DNA from: Lingula anatina
Lineage: Eukaryota > Animalia > Brachiopoda
Assembly: GCA_051362555.1 (NCBI GenBank)
Contig: CM120640.1
Span: 69,976,788 to 70,040,787, forward strand
DNA length: 64,000 nt
Direction of reading: 5' to 3'
Shown: piece by piece, positions 25,845-43,595 of the stretch
Position numbering within the stretch: the first letter of the stretch is position 1
Layout of the letters: every line of letters begins with the position of its first letter
Made by a program: the position numbers and the translations under genes
The notes under the pieces: generated by a model
Seen by the model: the letters and a program-made list of their open reading frames with translations, nothing else
Told to the model about the DNA's origin: nothing
Database searches by the model: none

Positions 25845-28800
25845 CTTTACCAAAGCACATCTGTGATTATATATTGAGTCTGGATGAGGTATAGTTTCAG
25901 TTGAAAATTGGAGGGGAAAAAAGCCATGTTAAATATCATAATTCAGGAGCTGTTAACCCGTCCTACCATTCCAGGTTGTACCATGCAGGGAAGATAGCCT
26001 GGTTTGTGGCCTGGCTAGTGGTGTCCATTCAGTTTGTGAAGGTGCCCAGTGTCACCCACCTGTACAGAGTGACCAGTGAGTGGACCCTGATGATGTCTGT
26101 ACAGGAGAGGATAGGAGTTCTGCTGACTGCTTTAGTTGTCACCAAAATACACCTGTTTGAGAAAAGAAAGCAATTATCAATGAATGTGGTAGGTTTATGT
26201 GGAAAATGAAGAATAGGTGTGTTAGGATTGGTGTTTCAATTTAAGGATTTAAGGCTTGGTTCATTCAGTGTTTACAAAAAGAGGTTCTTAGTTCTCATTT
26301 TGAAAAGAAGTTATTTTCATTGCTCTCTCTTGCAGTCATGAGTGTAATCCCATTTTAAGCTTCTGTCAAAACAGTCCTAATACAGAGTAAGATCTTACTA
26401 AGTGTCTTCCAAACAGACACTTGTGTACAAATTGCATGCAATATTTTGTAATTATTTCCCAAAAAGCATTTAAGCTGAAATCAGAGCTTTCACTAGTGTT
26501 TTCATAGCTAACATATTTGTCCTCTGTTTTCAGGTGCTGGCATATTTTATCAGCACAGGATTGGCAGTAGCACTCAACGTGCAGCCTTTCCTGCAACCAC
26601 TGCTGCACTCTATAGTCCAGGAAGAGCCAGACATACTGGATGTACTGGGTAAGACACACTGACATGTTTTAAAATGTCTATGTTTTGACTCAGCCTGCTT
26701 TGGTAGCTATAAATTTCAACATTTTTTTGTTTGTGTGTGTGTGACAGTGCATGAATTTTACAATTAACCTCTAATACTGACTTTTCTAGGTACTGTCTTC
26801 CTGCTGTGGGGGTTACTGCTGCTGAAGCTGACCATGTTCCATACAGTCAGTGCTCCAGTGTTGAGACACCTGGCTCCTGCCCTCCTCCTCATGGGGATTG
26901 CTGTTCTGGACAGTCCTTGGTAAGTGTCTCCTGCCCTCCTCCTCATCCTCATGGGGATTGCTGTTCTGGACAGTCCTTGGTAAGTGTCTCCTGCCCTCCT
27001 CCTCATGGGGATTGCTGTACTGGATAGTCCTTGGTAAGTGTCTCCTGCCCTCCTCCTCATGGGGATTGCTGTACTGGACAGTCCTTGGTAGGTGTCTTCT
27101 GCCCTCCTCCTCCTCCTCCTCATGGGGATTGCTGTACTGGACAGCCCTTGGTAAATGTCTCCTGCCCTCCTCCTCCTCATGGGGATTGCTGTACTGGACA
27201 GCCCTTGGTAAATGTCTCCTGCCCTCCTCCTCCTCCTCATGGGGATTGCTGTACTGGACAGTCCTTGGTAAGTGTGGCGTGCCCTCCTCCTCCTCCTCCT
27301 CCTCCTCCTCATGGGGATTGCTGTACTGGACAGTCCTTGGTCAGTATTTTCTCCTCCTCCTCCTCCTCCTCATGGGGATCGCTGTACTTGACAGTCCTTG
27401 GTATGTGTCTCCTCTTTATTTAGTCTTTAACGAAGAACGCTCAGTGACGCTTTTACTAACGTACTCACTTATGACTTGTTTACAAACTCCTTGACCTTTT
27501 TTGGGATGCTACCTCTTGAACACAAACCCCCCAACTTTTTCATATGCTTTACTCATATGGTAAGCAGATTTTGTCTTACAATTTTTATCAAAATTACTAG
27601 GACAGAAATGGTGTTTCTGAACTGAGAGAGCCTCCTTAAGTTCTATCCTGTACACATGTTCAGATACTTAATTTCATTTATAGGATGCTTGGGTTGGTGG
27701 TTAGTCTGTATGTCACAGTGATTGCAGTGTCACAAAAATGGACGTCCAGATCTGCCCTCCTCAGGGCCATCTTAGCCATTTGTGTAGGCATACCCGTGGG
27801 GATGCTGGTGGTGCTGTATGTAAGTATTTGGAGGGGAAATTGTTGTATTACTGTTGGATCTTGTAACGACTTATTTATTTGTAAGATTGAAAAATACATG
27901 TATGCTTTTGTATAACTGAAAACTAATTGATTGAAAAACTGGGGAAAAACATCCTAGTCTATGGTACTGTATAGTATTGGCAGGAAATATCATCAAGAAA
28001 GATCACAACAGGCAATTTTAATTCTGTTTTTTAGTTCACTGAGGAGTCAGTTGTTGGTCCTGGCATCTGGCTGGCAACCTGCGCACTCTCCTTCCTGGTC
28101 ACATTTTCCTTCCTCACAGTGTACGAGAGCAACAAGAACTGTGACATGATCTTGACATATTGGTCAGTATTTAGTTGTGAGATTAAAGCATGTGTTCATG
28201 TATGTTTTCTATAGCTTTTTTGGTATCATCATATTTGCTTCATTTTTTTAAATCATGGGATTTTATTTTGAAAGTCCTCATCAAGGGATAAACCTCTCAA
28301 ATTGTTTTCCAGTTGGGTTTTGATAACTATATTGGATGTGGTACTCTTGGCTCTGGATGCCAGTGTCTGGGGTTTGAAGGGACTTGGTGAAGGTTCAGCA
28401 CTCCACATATCATCCTTCACTTGGACTGGAACAGCAGCAGTGTTTAAATTACATGCCACAAAGAACAAGGTCAGTTCTTACTTCATACAACATTCCTTAC
28501 GGTTTATTCCCAATGAAAGTATTGTTCTATGTAGATTGATCCAACTCTGCCAATGAGATTAATATACCACAGTCTGTCCACAGACCATCTAAAATGAATC
28601 AAAGATTTAACAAAAAAATTGCTATCTCTTTAAATATCAATTAGGTTCAAATAACTATTCAGATTGTACTGTTAAGCTTATAATATTATCTTTCAAGCTG
28701 TATCACAAATAGCTATTCATGGCCACTGGTTTAATAAAATGCAAGTAGTTTCTGCTATCACATGATTAAAGTTGTGCTGAATTCACATGCTGAAGTCGCA

Positions 28801-29507
28801 TATTTTCAGAGCCCAGATTTGTTATCGGGAGCAGTGTCAGGCCCTCCTTGGGTGCCACTGTTTGGAAACTTGGCAACATTGGCATCATTTATCAGCCTTT
28901 GTTTGGCTTCTGACCCAGAAAACATGGATGGATGGGTAAGATATTTAGCGTTTTGACACAAATGGCCACTTTCAGATTATATCAGTTTTTTGTTTAATAC
29001 TTCAGTAGCTACTACCACTAGTCAAAACCAGGCTTCATCACAGTTAAAAGCAAAATATTTAATTGCAATCAGCTATATAAAATTATTGCATAATTTCTCT
29101 CATTTCAGATACTGGGTTGCTCAGCAGTTTTTCTTCTTCTCCAAAATGATGGCATTTGTATCTCTTCTCTCCATCATTCTAACCAGAAAGTTCCAACAGT
29201 TTGCACAGCAGCAGTATATATCCTAGCTCAAACGGTCTGGGCCAGCAATATTTGGTTACCTAAAAAAACATTCCTCAGGACACTACAGGGGGCGCTAGAG
29301 TCAGCAATACTGCTCTTAACTTTACCAGTGCTTCTTGCCTATTGCACCACAGCTTGGTCGGGGAAGAAGCTATTTTCTAATAAACTCATTGCCTTTCTGC
29401 TACCACTGTTCTCTCTTTTGATACTGTTTGGGAGTAGCTTTTACAGTACTGTTTACTCAGGTATAGGCCTGCTTATGGGAGGATGGGTTTTAACAATTAA
29501 GACGTGA
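20609..29507 (+). CDS. Polytopic membrane protein, NO EXINE FORMATION 1 (NEF1)-like, about 908 aa. Exons 20609-20784, 21256-21324, 22103-22177, 22631-22748, 23138-23253, 23452-23653, 23844-23922, 24595-24770, 24924-25000, 25265-25401, 25650-25746, 25975-26188, 26534-26648, 26790-26919, 27684-27819, 28035-28162, 28313-28469, 28810-28935, 29109-29507
   Basis: Nineteen GT-AG-bounded exons join into one 2727-nt open frame with many hydrophobic helices. Motifs FQYNGR..LP..LGG, GGWILLQF..EEP, PTRSSF, LYHAGKI..AWL, WVPLFGNLATL, FLLLQND and AILLLTLP occur in the same order as motifs I recall from Arabidopsis NEF1. Confidence 0.8.
21800..22056. mobile_element. Near-perfect palindromic MITE (PIF/Harbinger-like) with TAA target-site duplication
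   Basis: TAA|GGCTTCGTTCACATGCAATGTC...GACATTGCATGTGAACGAAGCC|TAA; arms of about 120 bp pair almost fully. Confidence 0.9.
23045..23093. repeat. (TA)n microsatellite
   Basis: Direct reading. Confidence 0.9.
25001..25264 (+). other. U12-type (minor spliceosome) GT-AG intron in the NEF1-like gene
   Basis: 5' site |GTATCCTTT; branch site TCCTTGAC at 25247-25254, 10 nt upstream of the 3' splice junction; no polypyrimidine tract; splicing keeps the frame. Confidence 0.85.
25783..25844. repeat. (ATT)n microsatellite
   Basis: Direct reading. Confidence 0.9.
26875..27412 (+). repeat. About 54-72-bp minisatellite (9 units) made of the NEF1-like exon end plus splice donor, with variable (CCT)n
   Basis: CCTGCC(CTC)nATGGGGATTGCTGTWCTGGACAGTCCTTG|GTAAGTGTCT repeated; the first unit is the coding exon end at 26919. 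Confidence 0.95.
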
Positions 29508-31118
29508 TAAAAAAAATAAAGGAAAATTTCTGACAAATGCTGTTATTGTTTATCTGTTGCATAGTTACCAACATAAAAACACTATATATGTAGGCCTATT
29601 TTGCACAATCAAATAACAAATGAAAATAATGGGAACTGATGCTAGAAAAATCATAGAACTTCCACATATTTGCACAATTAACAGTCCTGCTGCTTTACTT
29701 TTTATTATCTTTCCCAAACCAATATCCAGATAATACTACTTAGTATAAATGCTTGTCTTTAAAGAAAGTGGTGCTGGGAAGAATGGAATAGCCTAATATT
29801 AATACTTTTACACTTTGATTTTAAAAACCTAGAAAGAGAGGCTAAGGAGAAAAGAGCACAAATAATGAAATGGTTGAACTAGGGTAATGAGTATCTTTAT
29901 ACAAAAAATTATTCATTCAGAATGCTTTGCAATTTTTTTTCCTTCAAGTGCGTTGGAAAGTTTTGTCTCTTTAGACTGTACAAATCTTCAGTTTCACTTG
30001 CTTTAGTGTTAGATTCTTTGTTACAAATTGTTAAAGGAAGTGTTCAAAAGACTTGAATAAGCCATCTAAATGACAAGCATTGAGATCATCCAGAATAAAA
30101 AAATTAACCAACATTCTTTGAACTTGAATATATTTATTATTTATAAAATAACCATGTACAACTTGTCTAGGCAACAACCTTTTACTGTACACTAAACCAG
30201 AGAAAAAAAGCAAGAGGATGTCTCATCAAACCAACGACCAAGGAATCAACACATGGCGACAGATGGCAAACAATAGCGCACCAATTAATAGGGATAACGT
30301 AATAACTTACTTGGTTACATAAATCTTTGCTGCACACAGTTTATATGACAAAATGCAGGCTATTGGCATCTGTGCAGCTGATCAAATGAATCTGCAGGCA
30401 GTTTCTAAACTACGCTATAATATTGGTAGTAAGAAACAGTAAAACATACTTAGCTGTAGCATCATATTACTTTGGACGTACAACCTTAATTTTTCTGTAC
30501 ATTTTATTTGATACTTTTAACACAGTATACAGCTGAGTTTCCTATCTTAACCTATACTTTCACTACAGTTTAACTTTCAGGTTAGTTAAATACGACATGT
30601 CTCAGATGTAGTGCATGCGAAAAGGCAATTTACTTCAGAGGGAAAGTATTTTTTAAAACTCCAACTGTTGTGTACAAAGCTGGTTTCATTTACATATTCC
30701 ATGTAAATGAGTTAACGGAAATCACAGCTTCAAGTGCAGTGTACTATTCAGTGTAGAGTTCTGACAACATTCCCACCAATTAACAGAAACGTGCCAGCTG
30801 TCACTGTTCATTTCAATTATTGTTTACAACAATCTAAAACATTTGATCTAGGAAAATAGTCCACCAAACAGTACTTTGTTACTGCTTCATAATTCAAGGC
30901 TAACAAAAAACCCTTGCTGGCCCTCATGATTTCAAAGAGAGGCCTTTCTTCGGATAAGTCATCACAATTTAGCAAACAGTTCAAAGGGCCCCAGACCTCT
31001 GTTATAATTTCCTGCCTGGTGGTGTGCAATTGAAAAACGCCAATCAAGACCTTACTACTGTATTTGCACAGTACAATCAGACAGGACAGAAATAATACAT
31101 GAAGCTTTTCTTTCCTCT

Positions 31119-37961
<6,843 letters not shown>

Positions 37962-38347
37962 GGTAGTTTATATTGTCCCTTTGAACTATTGAATATGTCC
38001 TGATTGTATTTGTGCTTATCACTGGACACTAGGGTTTATTATTTCACTTTATCTATAAAAAGTCGGTGGTTCCTGGTTCTGCAACATCTAACATGGCGAT
38101 TCCTGGTTTTGACGTCATCATCACATGAGCACCTGCATATCGCTTAAAACAATAAAAAAAGTCTCAATTGAAATCAATCATTTAGTTCGTTCAGAGACTT
38201 CTTTGCAGAGTTGATAAACTTTGGTGTTGTCTAATGTATAATATTTCTTAAACATAAAATTTATTTTTGGATACCTTTTAAAGAAATTGATTATGATTCG
38301 AACTATTTTTGAACATCTGAAGCGACAAAATATCACGTCATGTCAAC
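37962..38347. promoter_or_regulatory. Bidirectional promoter of RAB21 and TBC1D15
   Basis: 386 bp between divergent ATGs, containing YY1-like AACATGGCG at about 38090, CRE TGACGTCA at 38110-38117 and M-box/E-box TCACATGA at 38121-38128. Confidence 0.65.
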
Positions 38348-41300
38348 ATGGATGATCAAAAACAGGTTGGGTTATCTGTGGTATTTAATGAGGACGAATT
38401 GCGTCACATAGTGTTTGGCTAATTAAGTTGTTACATGTATTTAATTGCTTACACGCGAGAAGGTTAGTTGTCGAATGATGGGTTGTTTTATTTTTAATTC
38501 AAAAGCTTAAACATGTCTATAAACTACATGTAGCATGATATATATTACCATTAATTGGTTACATGTACACTCGTATTTAATTAATTTTTTACTTCTCAGT
38601 TTGCTTTACCATTTGCTTGCGTATGTGATGGTGATTCAGCTTAACGTGGAAAACACTCAGTTGTTTATATTGGTCTTACTTTGTCATCCACTTCAGGTGT
38701 AAATCTGATCAGTATTAAATACAGTTGTCAAGGTCGGATCACATACTTAAAGTTTCAAAATGGCAAGCGGTGGAAAGAAAGAAGCCGCAGTAAAGAAACG
38801 TGGATACATAGGAAATTCTGTGAACTGGATGACAAAGAAGATCCAAAATCGGGCCACCCACAATCTTTCCAGGGGAAATATGAAATCAGGACCCAGGGTA
38901 AAAAATATGTAGTTTCATCTATGCTGTCTTGCACTGTTCTGTTCCTAGAGGGCATTCCCAGAGATTTAGATCGACCTAACTCCCTGGGGTTCACGCTAAA
39001 AATTGCAGTCAGCCGACCACACATGGAAGTTAATTACCCCCTTACAGCTTGTAGTAGGTGGGACGAACATTTAAGCCCAATGATCTGACAGTAATCTAGT
39101 GAGACTCTCCATGGGGATAGATCGATCTAAAATCTATGGGAATGCACCCTTAATGTGATAGTTAGGGTTCTTAGGTACAGGAGTGGTAATGTGGAGAGAT
39201 TCTTCATATCATATGCTGGAATCAAAATGTTAAAAAAGTTTTGAAGGTCAATACACATGGCAATTATTGGCATTATAAACATTAACTGGAAGAATATATC
39301 CTTCACTATATATATATAGAGTATGATTTAAAAAAGAATATTTCTTTATGATTTGAGGTGTATTCCTGTACCATGTAGCTGTATTTAGTCTTTATAGTCC
39401 TTGATAGTGTAGTGTGTGCTTACCTGCAGAAGTTAACTTTTAAATGAATATCTTCCAATGGGACATTACTTGTCCTCCTGCTTGAAGAATGAATTACTTT
39501 GTGTCAGACTTCTCAAAAGGAAGGACATATTTTACAATGCAATTATTGTTTTTGTTGGAGAAAAATGTTTGATTTCTTATAATTATGTAGTCATGTGTTT
39601 AAATTATGGGAATGTGTCTGCGTAAAAAAGATTAATACCATTGATTGAACTATAAAGCTAAACAATATTTTTTCATGATACTTTTTATGATTGGTTTTAA
39701 TTCATTGACAATCCTAACACATACCTTATGCATATAGCTGTGTTTTTAGACATCATTTGCTTTTATACTATTTATAATCGCTTTCATTTTGGTCTTTTAT
39801 TAATATATTTAAAAAATTTTTCATGATTTTAATGGCACATGGAATGGACTTTTTAATCAGAATAGCTTAATTTACTACTGTTTTCTGTTTTCTGAGCATG
39901 CTAATGATGCTGGTGTGTGCTTTAATGCCACACGCACAGGTTTACATTATTTTCACTGAAGTGGGCTTAAATATGATTCTTTCAGGTGATTTACCAGAAA
40001 GATGGGGTATACATCCACACCATTGTCCACAATGAAGATGAAGATGCCCTGATTGAGGGACAAGTAGAGATCCTGGAAAAGGTGAGCTCAGATATCGCAT
40101 TTGGCAGTTCTGTGAATAATAAGTATTTGTTTTTCTATTCACTATTTCTGTGTCATTCAGATTAGATTTATTCAGAAATGATGTGTAAAATGTGAGGGTC
40201 ATGTGTAAGATAAGTGTGTGCACTTACCCTCTTTAAATAAAGATTTATTATTATTATTATTATTATTATTGTGTTGTGTCCCCTCAGCCCCAGGGTGTAT
40301 TCATTGAGTGGAGATCTGTAGCAGATATGGCAGCTGAGTATGCTGTGAACCCCAAACATGAGCAGGACTCCTGGGCCGTCATTGACGCCGTCGGATACAG
40401 GAATGAGAGCCAGGGATCTGAGACAGGTGATTTGAGTGGAGAAGATTGACAGTCTAAAATGGGCCTTTATTTATTTCATATAGTTATTTATTTTTTGTAA
40501 AATTTTGTTTCTATTAGATATATTGATATTTAATGTAATAATTATTTATTTTAAACTTTTATGAAGCAGGCCCTCTGTCTGTCCTTTTAGACATCATTCT
40601 AAATCATCAAATCTCGAAAATTATGTGTTGAAAGTAAACTTTCTCTACCCATTTTCTTTGTAGGGTCTGCAACTATTCAGACAAGAAGACCCAAGCAGAT
40701 TATCAGTTTTGATATTAAAGATTTAAAGAGCTTCAAGCGGTCAAAGCAGAGTTTGGGATGGTCATACATAATCTTTATCCAGAAAGATGGGACGACACAT
40801 CCAGCATTGCACTTCCACAAAGGTGGCAGCCGAGAAATGATAAATTCCATGGAGAGGTTTTTGTCAGTTCAGAGGTAACTCTCATACCTCAATGTTCAAA
40901 TTTGTAAAGCTTTTTGTGCCTCTCATGTATCTTAGACTTAAATGTATCTTAGACATTTTAGTAAAATTTTCAAGATCTGAGGGGAATTACTATTTGTTAA
41001 GACAAATTCTAGCATATATTGAATAAGGTAATGGGCATGGTTAGTTTATGATATAGGGCTGCCAGAATTGAATATATGTTCATGCTCAAATGCCTCTTCA
41101 TATAAATTTTAAAGTACAAAGTTGACTGCTCACACACTGATATCTTAAGGTGTGAGTCTCTTGGGAAATATATTAGATTTGAAACCCTTCAGATTTTTTC
41201 TTGATAATTTACTTGTTATATATCATATGTATCTTGTTAAATCAGAATTTTATTTTCCTTGTCAGGTCTCCAAACACGCCTGGTCTCTTTTTGGTACATG

Positions 41301-43532
41301 AGCATGACCCTGGAGCACTTTCAAGGTCATTTGATGAGCTACAGCTCTTCAAAGAAACTTCACAAGATTTGGTGTCTGTAAGTAATAAGTCATTTTCACT
41401 TAATCATATTTCATTAAGGAGAAGATATTTAGGTAAGGCAAGTGATGCATTTAAAATATATAATTAAATAGGAATTAATATTTTTGTATTTCAAACTTTT
41501 TCAGAAATTTGTCAAAGATCCCTATTCAACAACGCTGACAGGGTTTTCCAAAGTAACCAAGTTTTTAGGAGAGGTCCTGATGACCACAGATACTCCACCT
41601 GTACGGCCCTCAGAGGAGGTGGCGGACATTTTACATGAAGCCATCCCCGGTATCACCATCAATGCACAGGATGAGCCAGGATTTGATATTGTCAGCAAAG
41701 TAAGAGTTGTACTTATAATGATAATATTTTTGCATGTTTTATATTTTTTGTCACTGTTTGTTACACCTGATTGTGAAAGTTTTTCTAGGTATGAAAGAAT
41801 GTGGAATTAAAGTCGGCAAGGTTCAGTGAAAAGATTTTTCAAATCTAAAATAGATCTGGCAGTGGTTTCCACCAGGTGGTTTTATTTTCAGCTTTTGACC
41901 AGTTTGTAGACCAGAAGAAATAATGAAATCATCATGCAAATATTATTTCTCACCTGTTTCACTGCTTTTATCAATTCATGAACATCAGTTGGAAAAGATA
42001 TCTCTGTTTTTGATTTCAGTGTGAGCTTGCTGAGCGTCCTGATGTCGTGAGGTCATCCCCCTTGTCCAGACTGCAGTGGGAGAAGAACATGGATAGTGAG
42101 GGCAGGATACAGAATGTGGATGAACTACAGGAGATCATATTTAGAGGGGTAGGTTTGTGCTTAAACCACATCCAGCTGGGACTTGACAAATTATCCTTAC
42201 TGGCCATAGATGTTACTGTGTTAGGGATCATCCATTTTTGTCATCATTTTCACAAGTCTATAAACCATATGCTGGATGAGAGTTAAGGCCCACTGCACAC
42301 TTTTGCAAAAAAAAAAAAAAGATGATCCAAATTGCTGTCAAAGTTTATCATTTTGAGCTTTTCATTTTGTTCTCTGAAGGGGGGGGGTCTGGAGAAAGTC
42401 TACTCTTTGTTGTAGATCATTTGTGAAAATGATCATGATAAAAATGACCCCTTATTAAAATAATACAGCTTATTCTGCCTTGACCAGTTTTATCTAACAG
42501 ACACATAAGACTGTGAAATGCACTCTACACTGACCAATGCATAGTGTGTATTCTTAAGATATTCAACTTTATGCTGCATACAGTTTGTGTTCGTTAATAA
42601 GGTTCCAGGGCAGTATAAACAGCTAAAGTAAGATTTTCAGTACTTATACAACCTTGGTCCAACTGTTTAAATTTAGTTTCAAAGGTAGAAAGAGTAAAAT
42701 TTTATTTATTTTTATTTTATTTATTTATTTATTTTTATGTAGGGAATAGAGCCTAACCTGAGGAGAGAAGTGTGGAAATTTCAGCTCCAATACTATGACT
42801 GGAATTCAACATCAAAACAGAGAGAAGAGGTCAGGAAAAAGAAAGTGTAAGTTAAACCAAATAAAAGAAATAATTCCAACTAAAATGCTCTATTGTATTG
42901 GTATAGTTAGTATGTAAAATAATACATTTTCTATCTGTGTTCGGAGCCAATGAAATATTTTGCTTACTTCATACTTTAATTCATTGTTTTAATTGTATCT
43001 CTTATGTATCTTTTAGTGATGACTACTTTAGAATGAAACTTCAGTGGAAGTCAGTCACAGAGGATCAGAAGATGAGATTTTCAGTTTTAAGAGACCGTGA
43101 AAGTCTCATAGGTAAGTGTTGCCTAAAGCAGGCAGAACTTAACTCTATATGCAACCCTTTTTTCTTGCTCCATTAGTTATTATGAAGATCTGTATCATCA
43201 TGTATTACAGCCCTTTTACACACTATTACTAGAACTTGAGTAGAAATATTAAACAAGTAATATAAAATAGGATTGAGAAATTACACAAAACAGGTGTTCA
43301 GGTGTTATGCAGATGAAACCATCTATTACAGTTAACTTTCATCAAGAAAGTGCATGTTTATTTTCATTTTCACAGATAAAGATGTGACCAGAACAGACCG
43401 TACCCAGACGTACTTCATGGGGGACCCAAACCCCAAACTGGAACTGTTAAATGACATTCTGATGACATACTGCATGTACAACTTTGATTTGGGTAAGCAA
43501 AAGACATAGATTGCCTTTGACCCTCTGGTAAT

Positions 43533-43595
<63 letters not shown>

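Noticed and set aside
26764-27494. Repetitive ORFs (poly-Arg, Cys/Pro-rich, Ser/Leu-rich; 130-198 aa)
   Set aside because: They are translations of the exon-end minisatellite in frames or strands other than the real gene's.
20609-29507. Plant contamination or recent horizontal transfer as the origin of the NEF1-like gene
   Set aside because: It is embedded between animal AEBP2 and RAB21, with 18 host-style introns, microsatellites and a MITE, and it is highly diverged from the plant sequence.
38681-39088. 135-aa ORF in TBC1D15 intron 1
   Set aside because: It runs into a MITE copy and shows no recognisable domain or splice support.
42283-42455. Possible MITE remnant (TAAGGCCC...GACCCCTTA)
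   Set aside because: The terminal repeats are too degenerate to support a call.
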